Source: Bacteroidales bacterium UBA4912
GTDB taxonomy: Bacteria; Bacteroidota; Bacteroidia; Bacteroidales; Dysgonomonadaceae
NCBI GenBank assembly: GCA_002398875.1
Contig: DHCC01000026.1
Coordinates: forward strand, 13,074 to 77,073
Length of the DNA: 64,000 nt
Reading direction: 5' to 3'
The first letter of the stretch is position 1; every line of letters begins with the position of its first letter. Under the pieces are notes generated by a model. It was not told where the DNA came from. It saw only the letters and a program-made list of their open reading frames with translations, and did no database searches. The position numbers and the translations under genes are program-made. Positions 38,731 to 48,231 of the stretch are shown piece after piece.

Positions 38731-39351
38731 ATGGCACGAATAAAAATTACAGGGATAATATCGGGAAAGGTTGGACCTGTAAGCATCTATGAAACAAAAT
38801 TTGGTACTCAGGTAGTTAGGTCAATTACTAAAGCACGCGATCCCAAAACGCCAAAACAACTGGCACACAGAATGAAATTTTCATTGGTAAACAAAGGTCT
38901 GTCACCCCTTAACGAAGCTATAAAAATCGGTTTTAGAGGAGATAGCAGGACCTATAGAAAACAGATCAGCAGGGCTTATCATAAAGCAATAGAAGGTAAG
39001 TACCCGAATTTTACCTTAGATTACAGTAAGATAAAAATTGCAGAAGGAGATGTTCAGTTGCCGGCAGATATTGCTGTTAGAATTCATGAGAATTCACGGC
39101 TGGTGAGATTCACCTGGAATCCCGAAATCAGTTCTGATTCAAAGTACGCTAATGGTAAAGACAAAATCAAAATCATCTGTTTAAATGAAGAATTAAAAGA
39201 GACAACAAAACTCAACAGTGTTGTGCGGCGCTCAGCAGGTGAAGCAGCAGTTGAACTTCCTAAAGGATGGGTTCCTGCAGACACTCATTTCTGGATTTAT
39301 CTTGAATCAAACAATTCAGAGATGAATTCGGATAGTGTGTACGTGAAATAA
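38731..39351 (+). CDS. Hypothetical protein, resembles the DUF6266 family of Bacteroidota
   Basis: N-terminus MARIKITGIISGKVGPVSIYETKFGTQVVRS and PKQLAHRMKFSLV match my recollection of DUF6266-type proteins. I see no catalytic motifs. The ATG at 38731 is preferred over the track's 38683 start. Confidence 0.45.
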   Translation: MARIKITGIISGKVGPVSIYETKFGTQVVRSITKARDPKTPKQLAHRMKFSLVNKGLSPLNEAIKIGFRGDSRTYRKQISRAYHKAIEGKYPNFTLDYSKIKIAEGDVQLPADIAVRIHENSRLVRFTWNPEISSDSKYANGKDKIKIICLNEELKETTKLNSVVRRSAGEAAVELPKGWVPADTHFWIYLESNNSEMNSDSVYVK

Positions 39352-39356
39352 ATATT

Positions 39357-40604
39357 CTACTCGAACATTATCGATTTTGAGGGAGTAATTCTGGCTACTA
39401 GATAAGACGGGCCAATCATCATTAGCAAGGATACTAAAAGTGTGCCTGCATTAAGAAGTAAAATGTACAACAGATTTAAGTCTACAGGTACAGCAGAGAG
39501 ATAATAGGTTGATGGGTCTAGTATTAATATCTTGAATTGATCCTGTATAAAGCAGAATACCAATGCAATTACATTTCCCCAAAGCATACCTCTTCCAATA
39601 AGAAATGCTGATAGATAAAGAAATACTTTGCGTATACTGAAATCTCTGGCACCCATTGATTTCAGTATGCCGATCATATTGGTTCTTTCCAGAATAATAA
39701 TGAGAAGACCGGATATCATTGTGAATCCTGATACTATTAGCATTAAAATAATTATTACCCACACGTTCATATTCAATAGTTCGAGCCAGTTGAAAATCAT
39801 TGGGTTGATATCTTTAATAGATCTGGTATATAGCGAATTACCCAATCGGTCTTTATATGATGCCATATCAAAAAAGAGATCCTGAGTAATTAAATCCAGA
39901 TTGTCGTAATCATTAACCAGCACCTCAATGCCGCTTGCCATATCGTCATCCCACTCGTTAAGATTACCAAGAATATCCTTTTCTGTTAGAATAAACAGTT
40001 GATCGTAATCTTCAAAGTTGGTCTCATATATACCTGTAATATCGAAACGGCGGGCACGAACAGGTTCCTGAACAAAGTAACAGGTAAATTTATCTCCCGT
40101 TTTTAACTGAAGCTTATCAGCAATATTTTTTGATATAATTGCCTGGTTGGCTGATGTTGTATCATCTGCATTGATGACATCCCCTTCAAGAAGGTTAGTT
40201 TTGAAGAAGTCCCATTTATAACTTTCAGAAACTCCTTTTAATACAACACCCATAAAATCCTCATCGGTTTTTATAATTCCGGGCTTAGTTATAAATTCCT
40301 GGATGTGACTGATCTCGGGATTTGAGTTAAGTTTATTAATAAGTGAATCGGATATTGAAATAGGAGTGTGTTCGTAAGATACATTACTTTCAAAAGCAGT
40401 TATTTGAATGTGGGAACCAAAACCGATAACTTTTGCCCGGATTTCTTTTTTGAAGCCAACAATTATGCATACAGCCACAATCATTACGGCAAGTCCGAGT
40501 GCAATACCCGCAATTGCAATCTTTATTGCGGGAGATGATACCTGTTTGTCGTTTTTCTTTTCTCCCTTATAAATTCTTCTTGCTATGAAAAGTTCCGAGT
40601 TCAT
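39357..40604 (-). CDS. ABC transporter permease, FtsX/LolC/LolE-like
   Basis: N-terminal TM helix, a large periplasmic MacB-like domain, then three C-terminal TM helices (FtsX domain). The N-terminus ...LFIARRIYKG... is typical. No ATPase gene is adjacent. Confidence 0.7.
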   Translation of the reverse strand: MNSELFIARRIYKGEKKNDKQVSSPAIKIAIAGIALGLAVMIVAVCIIVGFKKEIRAKVIGFGSHIQITAFESNVSYEHTPISISDSLINKLNSNPEISHIQEFITKPGIIKTDEDFMGVVLKGVSESYKWDFFKTNLLEGDVINADDTTSANQAIISKNIADKLQLKTGDKFTCYFVQEPVRARRFDITGIYETNFEDYDQLFILTEKDILGNLNEWDDDMASGIEVLVNDYDNLDLITQDLFFDMASYKDRLGNSLYTRSIKDINPMIFNWLELLNMNVWVIIILMLIVSGFTMISGLLIIILERTNMIGILKSMGARDFSIRKVFLYLSAFLIGRGMLWGNVIALVFCFIQDQFKILILDPSTYYLSAVPVDLNLLYILLLNAGTLLVSLLMMIGPSYLVARITPSKSIMFE

Positions 40605-40606
40605 GT

Positions 40607-41809
40607 TTACATTTCTCGCACTCTCTTATACTCTTCCAGAGCCTTCTCTAGTACCGTTAGTGCTTTATCAAGATCTTCAATATTAAGTACATAAGCAATT
40701 CTGACTTCATTTGTTCCCAACCCCGGTGTTACATAGAAACCTGTAGCAGGAGCCATAAAGATAGTCTGCCCTTCGTAGCGGAAGTCCGACAGACACCATG
40801 CGCAAAACTTATCAGCATCATCAATAGGGAGCCTTGCCAGAGTGTAAAAAGCACCTTGAGGCATAGGTGAATAGACACCCGGGATTTTGTTAAGTCGGTC
40901 GATAAGGAAATCGCGTCGACTTTTATATTCTTCAAAATTGCGTTGCATATAACTGCTGTCTTCGCTGAGAGAAGCATTTGCTGCAATCTGACCAATTAGT
41001 GGCGGACTGAGTCGGGCCTGGCAAAACTTCATTACTGTGTCGTGAACCTTCTTGTTTTTAGTGATCAATGCACCAATTCTGATTCCACATTCACTGTATC
41101 GTTTTGAAACTGAGTCGATAAGAACTACATTCTCTTCCACATCTTCCAGATGACATGCTGATACGTAAGGGGTATCATTATAGATGAACTCCCTGTAAAC
41201 CTCATCAGAAAACAAATATAAATTATATTTCTTAACGAGCAGTCTTATCTTTTCCATTTCCTGTGGAGTATAAACATAACCGGTAGGGTTATTTGGATTA
41301 CAGATAAGTATGCCTTTTGTACGTTCATTGATAAGTTTTTCGAACTCCTCAATAGCAGGAAGTGCGAAATTTGATTCCATATTGGAAGGGATGGTCCTAA
41401 TGACTGCTCCCGCAGAAATTGCAAAAGCCATATAATTGGCATAAGCCGGTTCTGGTACAATAATTTCGTCTCCCGGATTAAGGCATGCCATAAACGCGTA
41501 TAAAACGGCTTCAGAACCACCCGCAGTTATAATGATTTCGTTCGCTTTTAAGTTGATATCGAACTTTTTGTAATACTCAACCAGATTTTCTCTGTAGAAC
41601 AGGTATCCGTCGCTTGGACTGTATTCCAGTGTAGTGCGATCAATAGAACGGATTGCTTGCAGTGCTGTTACAGGAGAAGGCAAATCGGGCTGTCCGATAT
41701 TCAGATGATACACCTTTACTCCTTCAGCTTTTGCTGCATCCGAGAGTGGCGCTAATTTTCGTATAGGTGAGGCGGGCATTTGATAGCCACGCGTTGAAAT
41801 GTCTGGCAT
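40607..41809 (-). CDS. PLP-dependent aminotransferase, class I/II (aspartate/aromatic-type)
   Basis: PASPIRKLAP near the N-terminus, NPNNPTG, and the PLP-lysine context SVSKRYSECGIRIG. The track start at 41830 is TTG and the ATG is at 41809. Confidence 0.8.
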   Translation of the reverse strand: MPDISTRGYQMPASPIRKLAPLSDAAKAEGVKVYHLNIGQPDLPSPVTALQAIRSIDRTTLEYSPSDGYLFYRENLVEYYKKFDINLKANEIIITAGGSEAVLYAFMACLNPGDEIIVPEPAYANYMAFAISAGAVIRTIPSNMESNFALPAIEEFEKLINERTKGILICNPNNPTGYVYTPQEMEKIRLLVKKYNLYLFSDEVYREFIYNDTPYVSACHLEDVEENVVLIDSVSKRYSECGIRIGALITKNKKVHDTVMKFCQARLSPPLIGQIAANASLSEDSSYMQRNFEEYKSRRDFLIDRLNKIPGVYSPMPQGAFYTLARLPIDDADKFCAWCLSDFRYEGQTIFMAPATGFYVTPGLGTNEVRIAYVLNIEDLDKALTVLEKALEEYKRVREM

Positions 41810-41873
41810 AATGTAATAAATAAGGCGCAAAGTTAATAAAAAAGTTTTCCTTTTGTAGCTTTTCGAATGATTA

Positions 41874-41904
41874 ACACAAATTGAAACAGATTGGGAATTT
41901 GTGT
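41874..41904. promoter_or_regulatory. Perfect 9-bp inverted repeat ACACAAATT-N13-AATTTGTGT (candidate operator)
   Basis: Read directly. It sits in the divergent promoter region, ending 14 bp upstream of the -7 box at 41918. Confidence 0.35.
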
Positions 41905-41917
41905 AATGTATTATGCT

Positions 41918-41925
41918 TACTTTTG
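41918..41925 (+). promoter_or_regulatory. Candidate -7 promoter box (TACTTTTG)
   Basis: Exact TAnnTTTG match about 60 bp upstream of the ATG at 41987. Confidence 0.35.
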
Positions 41926-41986
41926 CAGTTCAATTTAAATTGTTTTGTATCAAATTCCTGAAACAAAAAGCAATCAAGTTTAGAAT

Positions 41987-42775
41987 ATGAAGAGATATAC
42001 AGTTTTATTTTTTGTGGTTATATCAGTAGTTCTACTGAGTTCATGTTTTCAGCAATATAATGAAGATGAGTCATTTAGGCTAGGGTGGTCACTAACTCGG
42101 GAGGATAATTTTAATAAAATGCCTGAAGAGGCAAAATGGACTAAAACTCTTAGAAGTAAACCTCACATGTACAGGTATATGAGTGACAGTGAGCTAGTTT
42201 ATGAAATAAATGAAGGTAATATTGTACTAAAAGGAATAGTAGATCCTGAGGGCAATCCAAAACTACCATTCTTAACAGGGGGAATCAATACAAAGGCTTT
42301 TAAGGCAGGCGAAACTACAAGAATAGAAGTGAGAGCTCGTATAAATCCAACCTCAGGAGTTACACCTTATATTGCATTAGTACCAAATAACACTAATGAT
42401 AATATTGTTATAGATATTATTGAGCAATATGGTGCTGATAAATTCATTTATCAATCGGTAACTTCTGAATATACTACTACAGAGGGCATGCCTGACAACC
42501 CGCCATCGAGTGCGTTGGTTAGTGTTAATCCAAGTGAATATCATATTTATGGTGTAGAGAAATACCCCGATAGTCTGGTGTTTTATGTTGACGGCAGCCG
42601 TACAAAAAAATACCCCCGTATACCTACAGATATACCGGGGCAATTTCCTTATAATGATTTGGATTTCGACCTGTTTATGGGACTTCGTCTGAACAAGGAT
42701 ACTGATCCGGAAGTTTTACCGGTAGATTTTTATATTGACTGGGTTCGATTTTACGAACCTGCTGCAGACAAGTAA
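41987..42775 (+). CDS. GH16-like (concanavalin A-like fold) lipoprotein, atypical active-site motif
   Basis: Lipoprotein signal ...LLSSC. The C-terminal FYIDWVRFYE is typical of GH16. The putative catalytic strip reads IVIDIIEQ rather than EIDIxE. Confidence 0.5.
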   Translation: MKRYTVLFFVVISVVLLSSCFQQYNEDESFRLGWSLTREDNFNKMPEEAKWTKTLRSKPHMYRYMSDSELVYEINEGNIVLKGIVDPEGNPKLPFLTGGINTKAFKAGETTRIEVRARINPTSGVTPYIALVPNNTNDNIVIDIIEQYGADKFIYQSVTSEYTTTEGMPDNPPSSALVSVNPSEYHIYGVEKYPDSLVFYVDGSRTKKYPRIPTDIPGQFPYNDLDFDLFMGLRLNKDTDPEVLPVDFYIDWVRFYEPAADK

Positions 42776-42796
42776 TTTCGGATTAATAAAACTAAT

Positions 42797-43255
42797 TTAT
42801 AATGGGAAAGAGTGAGAAAATAGACGCTCTTCAGCCAGTTTTTGATATTTTGTACCTTCTCGCCCCCAATTGGCATAAGGATTAATGCTTATACCTCCGC
42901 GAGGTGTAAATATTCCTGTGACTTCTATGTATTTGGGATCCATTAGCTTAATAAGATCCTTCATAATTATATTAACACAGTCTTCGTGAAATGCTCCATG
43001 ATTTCTGAAGCTAAAGAGATATAATTTCAGACTTTTGCTTTCTACCATCCTGATATCAGGTATGTAATCTATGCGTATGGTGGCAAAATCAGGCTGACCG
43101 GTGATTGGACAGAGACTAGTGAATTCCGGGCAATCGAAAGTCACCCAGTAATCATTTCCCTGATGTTTATTTTCAAATGCTTCCAGCATTTCAGGGGCAT
43201 AATTATCTTTATATTCAGTTTTGCCACCCAGATGGCTTAATCCTTTTATTTCCAT
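42797..43255 (-). CDS. queF: NADPH-dependent 7-cyano-7-deazaguanine (preQ0) reductase, unimodular type
   Basis: Catalytic Cys context [14 protein letters not shown]. QueF motif [16 protein letters not shown]. Length 152 aa. Confidence 0.9.
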   Translation of the reverse strand: MEIKGLSHLGGKTEYKDNYAPEMLEAFENKHQGNDYWVTFDCPEFTSLCPITGQPDFATIRIDYIPDIRMVESKSLKLYLFSFRNHGAFHEDCVNIIMKDLIKLMDPKYIEVTGIFTPRGGISINPYANWGREGTKYQKLAEERLFSHSFPL

Positions 43256-43281
43256 AATTTATTGTTAAGTTGATTTGTTAT

Positions 43282-43944
43282 TTAACGCTCATCAAGATAT
43301 TCCTTAAGTCCTTTGTTGCGCAGTACACATGAAGGGCAATGGCCACATCCCTCTGCCAGTATGCCGTTGTAGCAGGTGAGAGTTTCGTTTTTTACAATCT
43401 CAAATACACCAATCTCATCAGCCAGTTGCCATACCTCTTTTTTATTTCGCCACATAAGTGGGGTGTGTATGACAAACTGTTTATCCATAGCAAGATTAAG
43501 AGTAGCATTAGCCGAACGTATAAATGTGTCCCTACAATCAGGGTAGCCACTGTAATCAGCCTCTGATACACCTGTAACAATATGACGTATATCTTGTGAA
43601 TAAGCTATTGTTGCAGCATAAGTAAGAAATAGTAAATTCCTGCCGGGCACAAAAGTATTAGGATATGAGTCTGCCGGTTTTTCACTATCCATAATCATAG
43701 AGAGAGTAGTTAAAGAGTTTGGTGCTAAGTGTGAAATTACACCTGTATCAAGTACCCGAAAAGATGTATTTGATATTTTAGCAATTCTTTCAGCATTTTC
43801 TACCTCTTGAGAGTGTCTCTGTCCGTAAGAGAAACAGAGTGCGTGCACATTTCTGAAATACTGTTTAGCCCAATAGAGGCATGTGGTAGAGTCTTGACCC
43901 CCAGAAAATAGTACTAGTGCATCTTCTTTTGAATAATCCTTCAT
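43282..43944 (-). CDS. queC: 7-cyano-7-deazaguanine synthase
   Basis: PP-loop [14 protein letters not shown]-terminal Zn-binding cysteines (CYNG...GCGHCPSC). Confidence 0.9.
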   Translation of the reverse strand: MKDYSKEDALVLFSGGQDSTTCLYWAKQYFRNVHALCFSYGQRHSQEVENAERIAKISNTSFRVLDTGVISHLAPNSLTTLSMIMDSEKPADSYPNTFVPGRNLLFLTYAATIAYSQDIRHIVTGVSEADYSGYPDCRDTFIRSANATLNLAMDKQFVIHTPLMWRNKKEVWQLADEIGVFEIVKNETLTCYNGILAEGCGHCPSCVLRNKGLKEYLDER

Positions 43945-43948
43945 TAAA

Positions 43949-43981
43949 CTTTGTTTTTATGTGGTTTCCTAAGCTACACAG
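43949..43981 (-). promoter_or_regulatory. Candidate preQ1-I-like riboswitch (H-type pseudoknot) in the queC leader
   Basis: Minus-strand RNA is CUGUG UAG CUUAG GAAAC CACA UAAAAA CAAAG UUUA AUG. P1 is UGUG/CACA. P2 is CUUAG/CAAAG with one A-A mismatch. It has an A-rich tail and ends 4 nt before the start codon. Its layout resembles the Thermoanaerobacter aptamer CUGGGUCGCAGUAACCCCAGUUAACAAAACAAGG. Confidence 0.4.
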
Positions 43982-44002
43982 AAAGCAATTGGCTTTCGTG
44001 TA

Positions 44003-44010
44003 CAAAAATA
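44003..44010 (-). promoter_or_regulatory. Candidate -7 promoter box for queC (TATTTTTG on the minus strand)
   Basis: Exact TAnnTTTG match. It would place the transcription start about 10-15 nt upstream of the candidate aptamer. Confidence 0.35.
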
Positions 44011-44323
44011 CAATTTTTCCAGCATATTTTCTAAGATTATTCGATGTAAGACTTTAGTGGTATTAACATTCTAAGCAGAATAAGGTGTTTTTTGAAAATA
44101 TTCCAATTATTTTCATGAGTAAATAAAAGTAATTAAATACAAGTTAAAATATTAAATAAGAGTGTATTGAGTTTTGTACGAGGAGTATTTTTCATAATTG
44201 AAATATTGATTTAACAAAACTTGTTGAACTTGTTTTTTAAACCAGTGTTATATTTTTAGATACGAAAAATATGTATAAATTAAGCCGTCCAAATTTCACA
44301 ATTCGAACGGCTCCACAATTAAG

Positions 44324-44343
44324 GTGTCATATAAAAATGACAG
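44324..44343. promoter_or_regulatory. Inverted repeat of Pho-box-like half-sites GTGTCAT-N6-ATGACAG
   Basis: Read directly. (C/G)TGTCAT is the E. coli Pho-box half-site sequence. It lies about 180 bp upstream of the pstS -7 box. Confidence 0.25.
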
Positions 44344-44525
44344 TGATACAAAAATAAACATTTTTTGTATATAGATTATTTTTTATCATATATTATTATT
44401 ATTTAATTGCTAATAAATATTAAAAATAATATAGATAAATCTATTAGACTTATCCTTGAATAAAATAACGGGGAAACTTAACAAATATGTAACATTTTTG
44501 TAATAGGAATTTAACTTACAAATTG

Positions 44526-44533
44526 TACTTTTG
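44526..44533 (+). promoter_or_regulatory. Candidate -7 promoter box (TACTTTTG) for the pst operon
   Basis: Exact TAnnTTTG match about 40 bp upstream of the ATG at 44574. It lies inside the track's TTG-extended ORF, which argues for the downstream start. Confidence 0.35.
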
Positions 44534-44573
44534 TGGACAAGCTTTGAAACATGATATTTTAGGTTTATTATTA

Positions 44574-45644
44574 ATGAGGAGATTATTTCTGTTTTTACTC
44601 TTCCCGTTATTGTTACAGTCATGCAATAATAACTCAGGCACTACAGGGGGAAGTAGTTCACAAAGTACCATATCCGGCGCCGGTGCAACATTTCCCTACC
44701 CATATTATAATATAGTTTTTAGAGACTTTATGCGGTATAATGAAGATAAAACCGTTAATTATGGAGCAATTGGAAGTGGGGGTGGTATAAGAAGTTTACG
44801 TGATCATTCAGTGGATTTTGGTGCCAGCGATGCTTTTCTTAATGAAAAAGAAATTGAGTCGATGAATGGTGAGGTAATTCATATTGCAACTTGCATGGGC
44901 GGAGTTGTTATGGCTTATACACTTGAGGGTGTAGATAGTTTAAGACTGACCGGTCAGCTTATTTCGGATATATATCTTGGTAAAATTGAGAAATGGAACG
45001 ATCAGCGTATTGTTGCTGAAAATCCTGATATAAAACTTCCAGATCTTGATATAACACCTGTTTACAGGTCTGATGGAAGCGGGACTACATTTAACTTTTC
45101 AGAATACCTGTCAGTCGTGAGCCAGGAGTGGAACCGTATAATGGGAAAAGGTAAATCACTTAAGTGGCCGGCAGGTATAGCTGCAAAAGGTAATCCCGGA
45201 GTAGCAGGAATAGTACAACAAACTGAGGGTGCAATAGGGTATATTGGTTCGGAGTATGCACTTACTCTAAGATTGCCTACAGCAAAATTGAAAAATAGAG
45301 CAGGGAATTACGTGGATGCTACATTGGAAACGATTTCTGCTGCTGCAAATGTTACACTACCAGATGATATGAGAGCAACTATAACTGATTCAGATGACCC
45401 AAACGCATATCCAATAAGTCTTTTTACCTGGATTCTGGTATACAAGGATCAGGCCTATGACAACCGTACCCTTGAAGAGGCTCAGGATATTGTGGAGTTA
45501 TTAGAGTACGTAATCAGTCCTGAAGGACAAAAAGTAGCAGCTCAAATAAACTATGCTCCTTTATCTGAGCAGGCACTTGAAATAAACAGCAGACTAATAA
45601 AACAGATAAATTATGGAGGATTATCGATTACTCCACAAAATTGA
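44574..45644 (+). CDS. pstS: Phosphate ABC transporter substrate-binding lipoprotein
   Basis: Lipoprotein signal MRRLFLFLLFPLLLQSC. GAGATFPYPYY, RSDGSGTT and GYIGSEYA motifs are typical of PstS. Confidence 0.9.
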   Translation: MRRLFLFLLFPLLLQSCNNNSGTTGGSSSQSTISGAGATFPYPYYNIVFRDFMRYNEDKTVNYGAIGSGGGIRSLRDHSVDFGASDAFLNEKEIESMNGEVIHIATCMGGVVMAYTLEGVDSLRLTGQLISDIYLGKIEKWNDQRIVAENPDIKLPDLDITPVYRSDGSGTTFNFSEYLSVVSQEWNRIMGKGKSLKWPAGIAAKGNPGVAGIVQQTEGAIGYIGSEYALTLRLPTAKLKNRAGNYVDATLETISAAANVTLPDDMRATITDSDDPNAYPISLFTWILVYKDQAYDNRTLEEAQDIVELLEYVISPEGQKVAAQINYAPLSEQALEINSRLIKQINYGGLSITPQN

Positions 45645-45661
45645 CAGAACAACAAAGTGAA

Positions 45662-46519
45662 ATGAAAGACAAAATATTCCGCTTTTTACTATTTTTTGCA
45701 GCACTTATTATACTGCTTTTGACTGCAGGTATAATTTTTGCACTGGTAAGCAGGTCAACTGAAGCATTTCAGGAATATGGTATCTGGGGTTTTATTGCTA
45801 ATCCGGAGTGGGATCCGAGACCTGCAACTGAAGAGTATGGTGCTTTATCATTTATAGTCGGGACATTATATACTGCATTTTTTGCTCTGTTTCTATGTGT
45901 TCCCTTCTCTTTGTCTGTAGCGCTTTTTAATGGTGAATACTTCAAAGGTAAGAGAATTTCATCTTTTGTGAGATCAATAGTAGATTTATTGGCAGGTATA
46001 CCATCAATAGTTTACGGACTATGGGGATTTTATGCTGTACGTCCATTAATAATTGATTTGGGAATAAATGCACAGGGATTTGGTATTTTCCTGTCTTCTA
46101 TAGTTTTAGCTATAATGATTATTCCTTACGCATCATCACTTAGTACTGAGTTTATTTCTATGGTTCCAAATAAACTGAAGGAGGGTGCTTATAGTCTTGG
46201 TGCCACACAATTTGAGGTAATACAGAACATCAGTTTGCCTACAGCAAGATCAGGTATTGTAGCATCGTATATTTTAGCATTGGGACGTGCACTTGGTGAA
46301 ACAATGGCTGTTACAATGCTTATAGGTAATACAGACAGAATTCCAAAAGGTTTGCGTGACACAGGTAATACCATGGCGAGTGTAATTGCTAATCAGTTTG
46401 GCGAAGCAGACGGATTAAAACTTAGTTCACTTATCGCAATCGGACTTCTATTATTTGTTATAACTGCACTTATCAATATGATTGCAAAACTTGTAATGAA
46501 AAAAGTAGCAAGTATATGA
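45662..46519 (+). CDS. pstC: Phosphate ABC transporter permease PstC
   Basis: Six TM helices. EAA-like loop (EGAYSLGATQFEVIQNISLPTARSGI). First permease after pstS. The track start at 45641 is TTG. Confidence 0.85.
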   Translation: MKDKIFRFLLFFAALIILLLTAGIIFALVSRSTEAFQEYGIWGFIANPEWDPRPATEEYGALSFIVGTLYTAFFALFLCVPFSLSVALFNGEYFKGKRISSFVRSIVDLLAGIPSIVYGLWGFYAVRPLIIDLGINAQGFGIFLSSIVLAIMIIPYASSLSTEFISMVPNKLKEGAYSLGATQFEVIQNISLPTARSGIVASYILALGRALGETMAVTMLIGNTDRIPKGLRDTGNTMASVIANQFGEADGLKLSSLIAIGLLLFVITALINMIAKLVMKKVASI

Positions 46520-47391
46520 GTTTAAATATAAAAACATCGATAGATTCCAGAAACGGAAAAAACAAGCTGATATATATTCTTGTATGTCTATTTTCATTTT
46601 TAGCAATGATTCCTCTTTTCCTAATTTTGTGGGATGTAGTTTCTAAGGGATACAAGAATTTTAATATAAACCTGTTCACAGAAGTAACTCCATCTTCTAT
46701 GGATGCATTAATTGCAAACATGAATGGAGACCCTATTCCGGGAGGTATTTTAAATGGTATTACAGGTTCTATATTAATTGTTGGATTAGCAATATTATTT
46801 TCAGTCCCGATTGGACTTTTTATAGGAATTTATTTGTCAGAGAACCGAGATAAAAAGTTTGCAGGTTTGGTAAGTTATCTAACGGATTTACTTCAGGGAA
46901 TGCCATCAATTGTTATTGGTATTATAGCCTACGCCTGGGTTGTGAAACCTTTGGGAGGTTACTCGGCTCTGGCCGGTAGTGTAGCTTTGACAATGATGAT
47001 GTTGCCGATGATTGTAAGATCTACTGAAGAAACTTTGAAAATGTTGCCGGCTTCGTATAAAGAGGCTGGACTGGCATTAGGATCTTCTTATACAAGTGTT
47101 GTTTTTAATATATTATTACCTTCGGGGTTCGGGGGTATTTTTACGGGGATACTCCTTGCAATATCACGAGTTATGGGAGAAACAGCGCCTCTGATGCTTA
47201 CTGCATTAGGTGCTTCGGTGGTTAACTGGGATGTAATGGAACCTACCAGTGCACTGCCATTGTTGATATGGGATTTTTATAACGATCCTAACCTGGTTGA
47301 ACTTGTTTGGTCCTCTTCACTATTATTATTAATTGTCATATTCCTATTGAACTGGATAGCTAAAATTGTAGCACGCAAATGGAAAGTATAA
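46516..47391 (+). CDS. pstA: Phosphate ABC transporter permease PstA
   Basis: Second permease, with EAA-like loop ([23 protein letters not shown]). The start overlaps the pstC stop. Confidence 0.85.
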   Translation: MSLNIKTSIDSRNGKNKLIYILVCLFSFLAMIPLFLILWDVVSKGYKNFNINLFTEVTPSSMDALIANMNGDPIPGGILNGITGSILIVGLAILFSVPIGLFIGIYLSENRDKKFAGLVSYLTDLLQGMPSIVIGIIAYAWVVKPLGGYSALAGSVALTMMMLPMIVRSTEETLKMLPASYKEAGLALGSSYTSVVFNILLPSGFGGIFTGILLAISRVMGETAPLMLTALGASVVNWDVMEPTSALPLLIWDFYNDPNLVELVWSSSLLLLIVIFLLNWIAKIVARKWKV

Positions 47392-48164
47392 AAATTACGA
47401 ACGGGATGAAACCTGTACTTCAAATGAAAGATGTCTCTGTGTCTTATGCACCGGACACCTATGCTGTAAAAAATGTAACCACGGATATTTATCCTAATAC
47501 TATTACTGCAATTATGGGACCTTCCGGATGTGGAAAGAGTACGTTACTGCGTGCGATAAACCGCATGCATGATCTCTATACAAATATTAAAACTACGGGA
47601 GAGATTACACTTAAAGGGAATAATATATTTGATATGAATTCTATGGAAGTCCGCCGTATGGCAGGTATGGTATTTCAGCAACCTAATCCTTTTCCTACTA
47701 TGAGCATTTATGAGAATGTGCTGGCAGGTTATAAACTCAATGGAATAAGATTGAATAAAAAAGAAAAAGATGAGATTGTGGAGCAAAGTCTTCAGAGTGT
47801 GGCTTTGTGGGATGAAGTGAAAGATGTAATGAGCAAAAGAGGTTCGTTTCTTTCAGGAGGACAGCAACAGCGACTATGTATTGCACGAACTCTTGCGCTT
47901 AAGCCGGAGATATTATTGATGGATGAACCTACTTCGGCACTGGATCCGATATCTACCAACAAAATAGAGGAGCTGCTGTTGGAATTAAAGGATAAATTTA
48001 CTATCATTGTTGTGACGCACAACATGTCACAAGCTGCCAGAATTTCTGACAACTCTATGTTTATGTATCTTGGAGAACTGGTTGAACATGGTAATACAAC
48101 ACAAATGTTCACTAAGCCAAAAAATAAACGTACGGAAGAGTATTTGACAGGTGTATTTGGTTAG
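47379..48164 (+). CDS. pstB: Phosphate ABC transporter ATP-binding protein
   Basis: Walker [10 protein letters not shown]. Signature LSGGQQQRL. Walker [13 protein letters not shown]-terminal YLTGVFG is typical of PstB. Confidence 0.9.
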   Translation: MESIKITNGMKPVLQMKDVSVSYAPDTYAVKNVTTDIYPNTITAIMGPSGCGKSTLLRAINRMHDLYTNIKTTGEITLKGNNIFDMNSMEVRRMAGMVFQQPNPFPTMSIYENVLAGYKLNGIRLNKKEKDEIVEQSLQSVALWDEVKDVMSKRGSFLSGGQQQRLCIARTLALKPEILLMDEPTSALDPISTNKIEELLLELKDKFTIIVVTHNMSQAARISDNSMFMYLGELVEHGNTTQMFTKPKNKRTEEYLTGVFG

Positions 48165-48231
48165 CCGCAAATTAGTTAACATTTATAGTTGTAAAGTAGA
48201 AGTGTAATAAATATAATTTAAATCAATAAAG

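Noticed and set aside
44344-44520. Whether the extremely AT-rich tract upstream of pstS is a replication origin or DNA-unwinding element.
   Set aside because: I saw no cluster of DnaA boxes (TTATCCACA or its complement) and dnaA is not adjacent. It is more likely promoter or curved DNA of the divergent queC/pstS region.
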